NCBI GenBank assembly: GCA_047606965.1
Contig: JASGDW010000102.1
Span: 1 to 50,408 of the forward strand
Source of the DNA: Microbacterium sp.
Lineage (GTDB): Bacteria > Actinomycetota > Actinomycetes > Actinomycetales > Microbacteriaceae
DNA length: 50,408 nt
Reading direction: 5' to 3'
Shown: one piece after another, positions 27,401 to 35,123 of the stretch
How positions within the stretch are numbered: position 1 is the first letter of the stretch
Layout of the letters: every line of letters starts with the position of its first letter
Translations under genes and position numbers: made by a program
The notes under the pieces: generated by a model
Told to the model about the DNA's origin: nothing
Database searches by the model: none
What the model saw: only the letters and a program-made list of their open reading frames with translations

Positions 27401-28237
27401 TCACACGTCACGGCGCACGGTGCGCCAGGCGCCCAGGGACCAGAACAGCACGACCCAGACCAGCAGCACGGCCAGGCCGGCCAGGAACGGGAGGGTCTCG
27501 GCTCCCTGCACCGACATCGCGCTGAAGGCGGCGGCGCTCTGACCGGACCCCGCCGCGTACAGCGACGCGCCCGCGGTGGAGGGCATGAAGGAGACGACCG
27601 TTCCGGCGATGCCAGTCGGAAGCACGGAGGCCGCCGCGGGGAGCGTCCAGATCAGGGCGATCATGAGCGAGACAGCGGGGGCGGTCTTTCGCAGCGCCGC
27701 CGCCATCCCGACACCCATCACGGTCACGGCGCCCACATGGAGAGCCGCCCCCAGCAGCATCCGCAGCGCCACCGGGTCGACCAGCTCGGGCGAGGCGCCG
27801 AGGAACCGCAGCACGATCTGCGCGACGACGAAGGCCAGCACGCCGGCTCCCAGGGTGACCAGCGCGGATGCCGAAGCGGCGACCACGCCCTTGGCGGCCA
27901 GAGTGCGCAGCCGGCCCGGGTCGGCGTTGAAGGTCGAGCGGATGGCCCCGGTCTTGTACTCGCCGCCCACCGCGATCGCCCCGAGCACCAGGCCCGCGAA
28001 CTGTGCGCCGACGACGCCACCGGTCACCAGCTGCGCGACCTCGGTCGCGTCGATGACCCCGCCCGGGTCGAGCTCGAAGGCCATGCTGACGGCCGTGGCG
28101 ATCATCATCGCGGCGATCAGGCCCGCCACCCACAGCGTCGAGACGCGGGAGAGGAGCTTGATCCGCTCGGCGGCGACGAGGCCGCCGAAGGTGAGGCCGA
28201 CCTGCTGCGTCGTCTCGGTCTGTGTCACGGTGGTCAT
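27401..28237 (-). CDS. ABC-2 type exporter permease
   Basis: AERIKL, GGEYKTGAIRST...LAAK, six TM helices and the C-terminal RRDV. ATG 28237 overlaps the ATPase stop. Confidence 0.88.
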   Translation of the reverse strand: MTTVTQTETTQQVGLTFGGLVAAERIKLLSRVSTLWVAGLIAAMMIATAVSMAFELDPGGVIDATEVAQLVTGGVVGAQFAGLVLGAIAVGGEYKTGAIRSTFNADPGRLRTLAAKGVVAASASALVTLGAGVLAFVVAQIVLRFLGASPELVDPVALRMLLGAALHVGAVTVMGVGMAAALRKTAPAVSLMIALIWTLPAAASVLPTGIAGTVVSFMPSTAGASLYAAGSGQSAAAFSAMSVQGAETLPFLAGLAVLLVWVVLFWSLGAWRTVRRDV

Positions 28238-29148
28238 GATGTCCTCCCCGTTCGGTATTCGGTCGCGTCGGCGGTGATGCCGAGGTAGGCGTCCTCGAGG
28301 GAGGGCTCCTGCGCCGACAGCTCGAGGAGCACGATCCCCCGCCCGGCGGCGAGACGTCCGATCTGCTCGACGTCGGCGCCGCGCAGCAGCGCGGCCTGTC
28401 CCTCGCGCTCCTCGACGTCGACCCCGGCCGGCAGCGCCGCGAGAAGCTCGGGCAGCTGCGGCGTGCGTACGCGCACCGCGGCGCCGCCCGAGGCACCGTC
28501 GATCACCTCGGCGAGCGGAGCGTCGGCGAGCACCTTGCCCTTGCCGATGACGATCACGTGGTCGGCGGTGTGGGCCATCTCGGTCATCAGGTGGCTGGAG
28601 ACCAGGACGGTGCGTCCCTGCGCGGCGAGGTCCCTGAGGACGGTGCGCACCCAGCGCACGCCGTCGGCGTCCAGCCCGTTGATCGGCTCGTCCAGCACCA
28701 GCGTCTGCGGGTCGCCGAGCATGGCCGTGGCCAATCCCAGCCGCTGCGCCATGCCGAGCGAGAAGGATCCGATGCGCTTGCCCGCCACCGCGCCCAGGCC
28801 CGACAGCGCCAGCATCTCGTCGACGCGGCGGCGGTCGAGGCGGTGCGTGGCCGCGAGCGCCCGCAGGTGGGTCAGCGGGGTCGACCGAGGGTCGAAGGCG
28901 CGCGCCTCCAGCAGGCTTCCGACCACGCGCAACGGCGCGCCGTAAGAGCGCAGCGGCCTGCCGTCGAAGCGGACCTCGCCCGCATCCGGCCGGTGGAGGT
29001 CGAGGAGCATCCGCATCGTGGTCGACTTGCCCGCCCCGTTCGGTCCGAGGAATCCGGTGACCCGGCCCGGCTCCGCCACGAAGGAGACGTCGTCGACGAC
29101 GAGCGAGCGGCCGTAGCGCTTGCTGAGGTGCGTCGCGGTGATGTGCAT
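28234..29148 (-). CDS. ABC exporter ATP-binding protein (BcrA/DrrA-like)
   Basis: GPNGAGKST, FSLGMAQR, LDEPINGLD, VSSH and SLEDAYL. Start ATG 29148, 6 nt after the -10 (probably leaderless). Confidence 0.92.
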   Translation of the reverse strand: MHITATHLSKRYGRSLVVDDVSFVAEPGRVTGFLGPNGAGKSTTMRMLLDLHRPDAGEVRFDGRPLRSYGAPLRVVGSLLEARAFDPRSTPLTHLRALAATHRLDRRRVDEMLALSGLGAVAGKRIGSFSLGMAQRLGLATAMLGDPQTLVLDEPINGLDADGVRWVRTVLRDLAAQGRTVLVSSHLMTEMAHTADHVIVIGKGKVLADAPLAEVIDGASGGAAVRVRTPQLPELLAALPAGVDVEEREGQAALLRGADVEQIGRLAAGRGIVLLELSAQEPSLEDAYLGITADATEYRTGRTS

Positions 29149-29154
29149 ACGACG

Positions 29155-29221
29155 ATGCTCCCCGGCTGCGGGCGGGGCCGCGTCGTGCTCCCGGAGCATC
29201 GCGCCTACTGCGGATGCCGTA
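29155..29221 (-). promoter_or_regulatory. Response-regulator promoter copy 4 (toward the ABC exporter)
   Basis: Minus strand: TACGGCA-TC-CGCAGTA, N17, GCACGA, N22, GAGCAT, N6, ATG. Confidence 0.75.
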
Positions 29222-29258
29222 CGCACCGCCCGGTCCCGCCGGCGCCTGCTGGAACGGG

Positions 29259-29283
29259 GTCTCATCTCGAAGCGGCAGTATCA
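29259..29283. promoter_or_regulatory. Candidate TetR operator element GTCTCA-N11-CAGTATCA upstream of tetR
   Basis: The same bipartite element with the same 11-nt spacer recurs at 31373-31397. Confidence 0.5.
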
Positions 29284-29299
29284 CCTCCTGTACCGTGGA

Positions 29300-29899
29300 A
29301 TGATGAAGGACATCCGGCAGCGCTCCCGTGACGCGCTGCGCGCCGAGCTGGCCGAAGTGGCGGTGACGCTGTTCGCCCGGCACGGTTTCGACGAGGTGAC
29401 CGTGGACGACGTCGCGCTGGCGGCCGGCATCTCGCGCGCCACGTTCTTCCGCTACTTCGCCTCGAAGGAGGACGCGGTCGTCGCGGCCGTCGAGTCGACC
29501 CGCATCGACTTCTCCTCGCAGATCGCGGCCCGGCTGGCCGAGGAGCCGGCGGCCGGCGAGCGCGGCGACGTGTGGGCGGTGATGCGCGCCTGCTTCGCCC
29601 GCTCCGGGGCCGGCGCCGACCTCGACCCCGCCGCGACGCGTGCGCGGCTGCGGATGCTGCAGTCGACACCGGGTCTGCAGGGCAGGCTCGCGGCCAGCCG
29701 CGGGCCGCAGACGGCGCGTCTGGCCGAGGTGCTCGGCGCCTCGTTCCCGGATCCGATCACCGCACGAGTCGCGGCATCGGTCGCCTTCGCCGCCTACGAC
29801 CTGGCGTGGAGCATCTGGCGCGACGACGAGGCGCGCACCTTCGCCCCCACGCTGGAGGAGGTGTTCGACCGGCTGGAGCCGGCGATCGGACGGCGGTGA
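29300..29899 (+). CDS. TetR/AcrR-family regulator
   Basis: LFARHGFDEVTVDDVALAAGISRATFFRYFASKED. Start is ATG 29300 or 29303; the latter is 6 nt after TACCGT. Confidence 0.9.
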   Translation: MMKDIRQRSRDALRAELAEVAVTLFARHGFDEVTVDDVALAAGISRATFFRYFASKEDAVVAAVESTRIDFSSQIAARLAEEPAAGERGDVWAVMRACFARSGAGADLDPAATRARLRMLQSTPGLQGRLAASRGPQTARLAEVLGASFPDPITARVAASVAFAAYDLAWSIWRDDEARTFAPTLEEVFDRLEPAIGRR

Positions 29900-29917
29900 G
29901 GCCGCGCGCGGGCCCGC

Positions 29918-31348
29918 TCAGGGCAGCGACGGATGCTCTCCGGGCGCTCGGCGCGGGCGCGGGATCGTCGAGGCGACCGCGCAGCACACGATCGCGGCCA
30001 CGAGCCCGAACACGAGCGAGAGCTGGAAGCCGTCCGCGGTGGGGACGGCGACCCCGCCGACCTCGATGGCCGACTGAGCGAGCACCGCGCCGATCGCGGC
30101 GGAGGCGATGCTGGTGCCGAGCGACCTCATGAGCGTGTTCAGCCCGTTCGCCGCCGCGGTCTCGTGCCCGGGAACGGCCTTCATGATCAGCGTGGGGATG
30201 GCGGCGTAGCCGAGGCCGATGCCCAGGCCCACGATCGAGTTGATCAGCAGGACCTCCCAGACCCCCTTCGGCGCGAAGACCGCGATCGCATAGGCCGCCG
30301 CGATCACCGCGCTGCCCAGCACGAACAGCGGCTTCGCGCCGATCCGCGACTCCAGCCGGCCCGCGACGGGCGACATCACGAGCATGATCAGGCCAGAGGG
30401 CATCAGCACGAAGCTCGCGTGCAGCAGGCTCAGGCCCAGCCCGCCCGTGGCGACGGGCAGCTCGAGCAGCTGCGGGAAGACGATGCTCGAGGCGAACAGC
30501 GAGAACCCCATCGCCACCGAGGCCAGGTTGGTCAGCAGCACCGGACCTCGTGCGCTGACCCGCAGGTCCACGAGCGGGCCGCTCACGCGCAGCTGGTACC
30601 AGCCCCACACCAGCAGCACGACGAGGCCCACCCCGAAGCTCCACAGCGTCGGGGCGGAGCCCCAGCCCCACTCGCTTCCCTTCGAGATCCCCAGCAGCAT
30701 GGCCACGAGGCCGATGGCGAGGCCGATCGCGCCGACCAGGTCGAACCTGCCCCCGGTGCGCAGGGGGCTCACCGGCACGACCACGAGGTAGAGCACGAAG
30801 ACGATCGCCCCCAGCCCGGCCGCCACCCAGAACAGCAGGTGCCAGTCGAAGTGCTCGGTGACGAAAGCGCTGATCGGCAGCCCGAGCGCACCGCCGACCC
30901 CGAGCGTCGCGCTCACGAGCGCGACCGCGGAGGGCAGCCGGCGTTCGGGCACGCTGTCGCGGAGGATCGCGATGCCGAGCGGGATCACGCCCATCCCCGT
31001 GCCCTGCAGGGCACGGCCGACGATCATCGGCACGACGGAGGAGGAGAAGGCCGCGACCACCGAGCCCACGATCAGCAGCGCGATCAACACGAGTGCGACA
31101 CGGCGCTTGCCGTACATGTCGCCGAGCTTGCCCGACACCGGCGTGCACACGGCGGACACGAGCAGCGTGACGGTCACGACCCAGGCGGTGTCCTCCCGGC
31201 TCGCGGAGAGCAGCTCCGGCAGCTCGGCCTGGATCGGCGTCACGATCGTCTGCATGAACGACGCCGTCATCCCGGCGAGGGCGAGGACGGCGATGATGGG
31301 GCCGGGACGCGGCTGCCGCGTGAGCCGGCGACGCGAGGGGTCTGTCAC
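29918..31348 (-). CDS. MFS transporter, DHA2-like (14 TM), paralogue of 19767-21242
   Basis: GKLGDMYGKRR, GRALQG, TNLAS and AANGLNTLMRSLGTS. Start GTG 31348 preferred over TTG 31363. Confidence 0.88.
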   Translation of the reverse strand: MTDPSRRRLTRQPRPGPIIAVLALAGMTASFMQTIVTPIQAELPELLSASREDTAWVVTVTLLVSAVCTPVSGKLGDMYGKRRVALVLIALLIVGSVVAAFSSSVVPMIVGRALQGTGMGVIPLGIAILRDSVPERRLPSAVALVSATLGVGGALGLPISAFVTEHFDWHLLFWVAAGLGAIVFVLYLVVVPVSPLRTGGRFDLVGAIGLAIGLVAMLLGISKGSEWGWGSAPTLWSFGVGLVVLLVWGWYQLRVSGPLVDLRVSARGPVLLTNLASVAMGFSLFASSIVFPQLLELPVATGGLGLSLLHASFVLMPSGLIMLVMSPVAGRLESRIGAKPLFVLGSAVIAAAYAIAVFAPKGVWEVLLINSIVGLGIGLGYAAIPTLIMKAVPGHETAAANGLNTLMRSLGTSIASAAIGAVLAQSAIEVGGVAVPTADGFQLSLVFGLVAAIVCCAVASTIPRPRRAPGEHPSLP

Positions 31349-31364
31349 ATGTCCGCCCTTCAAA

Positions 31365-31397
31365 GAGACTCAGTCTCACTTCACGCTTACAGTATCA
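31365..31397. promoter_or_regulatory. Palindromic operator GAGACTCAGTCTC plus CAGTATCA half-site upstream of the MFS gene
   Basis: Palindrome with 5-bp arms (GAGAC-TCA-GTCTC) just upstream of the SD; shares its layout with 29259-29283. Confidence 0.6.
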
Positions 31398-31472
31398 GCC
31401 CGGCCGCGGCTCCGCGGCCGCCGGCGATCGGAACGGACGATCGACGACGCAGGAGGGCACAGCGGGGAGCCG

Positions 31473-32051
31473 TCAGTGCGTGAGCAGGAGCTTGGCCACC
31501 GCGATCAGAAGGCCGACGCCCGCCACGCCGACGCCGAGCCACAACGCCGCCGCGCGCGAGCCCTCCGGGAACAGGTGGCGCCCCACCAGCCCCATCAGCG
31601 CCAGGCGGAGCAGCACGACGGCGACAGCGATGGTCTGCGCGACCCCGGGCGGATAGACCTCCAGCACGCCGCCGACCAGGCACACCGTCGGGAGGATGGC
31701 GCTCGTGGCGATGGGAACCGCGTCGCGCAGCTCCTGGCGCACGTGATGCCACGGCTCCCCCGGACGCCGTCCGACCAGCGCACCGACCGTGTCGGCGAGC
31801 AGGTGCGCGCACAGTGTCGTCGCCGCGGTGACCAGCACGATCAGCATCGCGGCGCCGTCGACGACGTCATGCGCGTCGAGGGCGAGCACGGCGGCCAGGG
31901 CCAGGACGTTGCCGTAGACGACCGCCGAGATCCGGGTGCGCGCACGGTGAACCGGCAGCTCCCGCCGCCGACCCCACCGCCGCCGCGCCGGCGCAGCCGC
32001 CACGCTCTCCGATGTCGCGGGGAAGGAGGACTCAGCGGGCACGAAGGGCAC
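31473..32051 (-). CDS. Hypothetical membrane protein (4-5 TM)
   Basis: VYGNV, AHLLAD and AKLLLTH with hydrophobic helices. The start is uncertain (GTG 32051 overlaps the upstream small ORF). Confidence 0.75.
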   Translation of the reverse strand: MPFVPAESSFPATSESVAAAPARRRWGRRRELPVHRARTRISAVVYGNVLALAAVLALDAHDVVDGAAMLIVLVTAATTLCAHLLADTVGALVGRRPGEPWHHVRQELRDAVPIATSAILPTVCLVGGVLEVYPPGVAQTIAVAVVLLRLALMGLVGRHLFPEGSRAAALWLGVGVAGVGLLIAVAKLLLTH

Positions 32052-32172
32052 GATACAGCGCCATCGTGTCGCCGAGCGAGACGATGACGGTGCCGGGGAT
32101 CTGCACGATGTCCCGGTCGTAGACGCGCTGACCGACGATGGATGCGGCGGCGCTCTGGTCGATGCGGTTCAT
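32032..32172 (-). CDS. 46-aa small protein MNRIDQSAAASIVGQRVYDRDIVQIPGTVIVSLGDTMALYRALRAR (not in the ORF track)
   Basis: GGAG SD, strongly G/C third codon positions, and first gene behind response-regulator promoter copy 5. Confidence 0.65.
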   Translation of the reverse strand: MNRIDQSAAASIVGQRVYDRDIVQIPGTVIVSLGDTMALYRALRAR

Positions 32173-32202
32173 GGGAGGACTCCGATTCTCTTCGTTCCTC
32201 CG

Positions 32203-32269
32203 ATGATCGACGCCCGCGGGGCTGACGGCGTCGTCCGAACGAACGGTCGGCCCTACTGCGAACGGACGA
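32203..32269 (-). promoter_or_regulatory. Response-regulator promoter copy 5 (toward the 46-aa ORF)
   Basis: Minus strand: TCGTCCG-TT-CGCAGTA, N17, GGACGA, N22, GATCAT. Confidence 0.75.
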
Positions 32270-32344
32270 CGAGCCCGCGGTCGACTCCGGGGCCACGGCG
32301 GCGAGCGCCTCGCACCACCGTGCCGTCGCCCGCTCCGCGACGGC

Positions 32345-32992
32345 TCAGGCCGTGAGGCTCACGGGCACCGCGCCGACGATCGTCTCCAGCGTCCGCTCGC
32401 GCACCGCGGCGAAAGCGTCCGCGGAGAGGCTGCGCAGCGCGGCGTCGAGTCGCAGCAGCGCGAGCCCGTGCAGGGACGACCACACCACCACCGGGTCGCG
32501 CACGTCCAGGACGGTGCCGCCTGCGGCGAGCGTGACGTCTGTGAGGAGGTCGACGAGCAGGGTGAACCCGCCGTCCCCGCCTTCGCCCCGCGCCCTCTCG
32601 GAGGGAGCGGAGAGCTCGTCGAGCTGCTCGTCGCTGTAGAAGATCGCGTGGTACAGGCCCGGATTCGAGATCGCGAACGACAGATATGCCTCGCAGCCCG
32701 CCCGCAGCCGTGCTCGCGCCGCGGGAAGCTCCGAGGAGAGCCGCGGAAGCCGGGCGATCCCCGCGGCGACGTGGTCGGCCAGCAGTCCGGCACACTCCTG
32801 CGCGACCGCCAGCAGCAGCGCGCTGCGATCCGCGAAATGCCGGTAGGCGGCCGCCGGCGAGACCTGCGCCCGCCGCTGCACCTCTCGCAACGACAGCGAG
32901 TTCGGACCCCGCTCGGCCACGATCATCAGCGCCTCCTGCACGAGCCGCTCGGCGAGGGGCTTCCGCACGGATTCCGAGGAGGTTGTTGACAC
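32345..32992 (-). CDS. TetR-family regulator with WHG-type C-domain
   Basis: LSLREVQRRAQVSPAAAYRHFADR and WSSLHGLALL. Confidence 0.88.
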   Translation of the reverse strand: MSTTSSESVRKPLAERLVQEALMIVAERGPNSLSLREVQRRAQVSPAAAYRHFADRSALLLAVAQECAGLLADHVAAGIARLPRLSSELPAARARLRAGCEAYLSFAISNPGLYHAIFYSDEQLDELSAPSERARGEGGDGGFTLLVDLLTDVTLAAGGTVLDVRDPVVVWSSLHGLALLRLDAALRSLSADAFAAVRERTLETIVGAVPVSLTA

Positions 32993-33037
32993 TGCTAACT
33001 CCTTGTGACACAGTCTGACTTGTAAGCACTGATAACA
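32984..33037. promoter_or_regulatory. Two imperfect palindromic operators (TGTTGACACTGCTAACT 32984-33000; TGTAAGCACTGATAACA 33021-33037)
   Basis: AT-rich divergent promoter. The first site overlaps the TetR start codon, and a third copy lies at 33753. Confidence 0.65.
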
Positions 33038-33052
33038 CTATTGGAGGCATCC

Positions 33053-33757
33053 ATGCGTTACACAACCCTGACGCTCGAATCCGTCGCCGGATCGGACACC
33101 AGCGCCGTCGAGTTCACCTTCCAGCCCGCCCGCCCCATCCGATTCCGCCCCGGCCAGGCCGGGGTGCTGATCCTGCGCGGAGGCGGCGCCAAACCGTTCA
33201 CGCTCTCGGGCGACGCGAACTCGCCTCGCGTCTCGATCGCGACGTCCTTGCGCTCGGGCAGCCGGTTCAAGACGGCGCTCGCACACCTTCAGCCCGGCGA
33301 GCGCGCGCATCTGATCGCGCCGATCGGCGCCGCCGTGACCCTCGCGGAGGGTCGGCACGAGGTCCTGGTCGCGCAGGGCATCGGGATCACCCCGTTCCTG
33401 GCGGCCGCACGCACGTACCGGGCCATGGACGCGACCCTGCTGCAGGTCGGCGGCGCTCACCTCTTCGACCAGACCGCGGCGTCCGTGCGCGACGCCCGGC
33501 ACGTGGATCATCGCGACGGCCTCGCCGAGGTCGTCGACGAGACGCTGCGAGCACACGTCGGCGACCACTGGTCGGTCAGCGGCCGCTCCGACTTCGTCGC
33601 GGGGATCACGGCGCATCTCACCGCTTCGGGAGTCCCGCGCCGCCAGATCCGCACGCATGCGTTCTGGACCATGCCCCGCCCTCGTCCCGTCGCGGCGGCC
33701 GCGCCCACCCGAGATGAGGCAGCGCGGTCGACGAAGGCGCCTTCCGTGGTAATGTAA
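33053..33757 (+). CDS. Ferredoxin-NADP reductase-like FAD/NAD(P)-binding oxidoreductase
   Basis: FRPGQ, KPFTLSG, SRFKTAL and VAQGIGITPF; GGAGG SD before ATG 33053. Confidence 0.8.
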   Translation: MRYTTLTLESVAGSDTSAVEFTFQPARPIRFRPGQAGVLILRGGGAKPFTLSGDANSPRVSIATSLRSGSRFKTALAHLQPGERAHLIAPIGAAVTLAEGRHEVLVAQGIGITPFLAAARTYRAMDATLLQVGGAHLFDQTAASVRDARHVDHRDGLAEVVDETLRAHVGDHWSVSGRSDFVAGITAHLTASGVPRRQIRTHAFWTMPRPRPVAAAAPTRDEAARSTKAPSVVM

Positions 33758-33769
33758 GCGATGCATACT
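33753..33769. promoter_or_regulatory. Third operator copy TGTAAGCGATGCATACT upstream of the second tetR
   Basis: Shares TGTAAGC and the palindromic layout of the 33021 site. Confidence 0.6.
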
Positions 33770-33785
33770 TTCTGTAGGAGCGTCG

Positions 33786-34400
33786 ATGAGTCCGGACACG
33801 GCGAGGGCCGGCTACCACCACGGCGATCTCCGGGGGGCGTTGATGCGTGCCGCCTTGGAGATGCTGGAAGTCGGGGAGCCGCTGTCGTTGCGGGCGGCTG
33901 CGCGTCGGGCTGGTGTGTCGACCGGGGCTCCGTACCGGCACTTCGCCGACCGGGAGGCGCTGGAGTCGGCACTGGCGGTCCACGGCCTGGACGAGCTGAT
34001 GCGCGAGCTCGCCGAGGGGAAGGAGCCTCCGGCCTCGGCCGCCGAGGTGGGTGAGCTCGCTGTCGGGTATGTGCGTTTCGCTCTGCGCCGCCCCGGGTTG
34101 TTCCGCCTCATGTTCGGGCAGCCTTGCGAGACCCAGGACGACGAGCGGGTGCGCGCCGCGGATGCGTTGCACGACTATCTCGAAGCAGTGATGGCCAGGG
34201 TCTTCCCACAGTCCGACCCTGTCGCGCTGGCCACGGCGGGGTGGTCCCTCGCTCACGGGCTGGCGTTCCTGCACCTGGACGGCAAGCTCCCCGCCGCAGG
34301 CCCCGCCGAGGTCGATCAGCGTGTGCGATCCACGCTGGCCACCGTCTTCCCGCCACCGGCTTCCCACCCATCGAACGACTCGGAATCGAGGACCCCATGA
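33786..34400 (+). CDS. TetR-family regulator with WHG-type C-domain
   Basis: YHHGDLR, LSLRAAARRAGVSTGAPYRHFADR and WSLAHGLAFL; AGGAG SD. Confidence 0.9.
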   Translation: MSPDTARAGYHHGDLRGALMRAALEMLEVGEPLSLRAAARRAGVSTGAPYRHFADREALESALAVHGLDELMRELAEGKEPPASAAEVGELAVGYVRFALRRPGLFRLMFGQPCETQDDERVRAADALHDYLEAVMARVFPQSDPVALATAGWSLAHGLAFLHLDGKLPAAGPAEVDQRVRSTLATVFPPPASHPSNDSESRTP

Positions 34401-35092
34401 GTACGCGCATCCTGCTGGTCGTCACCAACGTCGACCGTTACGATGCCGACCCGTCCCATCCGACCGGACTGTGGCTGTCGGAGCTGACCCACGCCTACGA
34501 CATCTTCGCCGAACACGGTTTCGAGCAGACGATCGTCAGCCCCGCAGGTGGGAAGTCGCCGTTGGAGCCGCGATCGCTGAAGTTCCCCAACGACGACAAG
34601 TCCGTGAAAGCCTGGCATGACGATCCGGCACGGATGGCGCTGCTGGAGAACACGGCCAGCCCCGATCAGATCGACGCCGCCGACTATGACGCGATCTACT
34701 TCACCGGCGGGCACGCGGTGATGTTCGACGTCCCCGGCAGCGAGGGGTTGCAGCGGATCACCCGGGAGCTCTTCGAACGCGGCGGGGTGGTCGGCGCGGT
34801 CTGCCACGGGTACTGCGGCCTGCTCGAGACCCGCCTCTCCGACGGCAGCTACCTCGTCGCCGGTCGCAACCTCACCGGGTTCTCCTGGCGGGAGGAAGTC
34901 CTGGCTCGGGTCGACAAGCTCGTCCCGTACAACGTGGAGGAACGCATGAAGGAGCGCGGTGCGCAGTATTCGAAGGCGCTGCTGCCGTTCGTGTCCAACG
35001 CCGTCATCGACGGGAACCTCGTCACCGGTCAGAACCCCGGCTCGGCCAAGGAGACCGCGACCAAGGTCGCCGCCGTCCTCGGCAACCGCTGA
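34397..35092 (+). CDS. DJ-1/PfpI family (Hsp31-like class I GATase-fold) protein
   Basis: TGLWLSELTH, GGHAVMFD, nucleophile VCHG and VTGQNPGS. ATG overlaps the tetR stop. Confidence 0.9.
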   Translation: MSTRILLVVTNVDRYDADPSHPTGLWLSELTHAYDIFAEHGFEQTIVSPAGGKSPLEPRSLKFPNDDKSVKAWHDDPARMALLENTASPDQIDAADYDAIYFTGGHAVMFDVPGSEGLQRITRELFERGGVVGAVCHGYCGLLETRLSDGSYLVAGRNLTGFSWREEVLARVDKLVPYNVEERMKERGAQYSKALLPFVSNAVIDGNLVTGQNPGSAKETATKVAAVLGNR

Positions 35093-35123
35093 CGACGAGC
35101 TCTCACCGGGAAGGGCGGACCGT

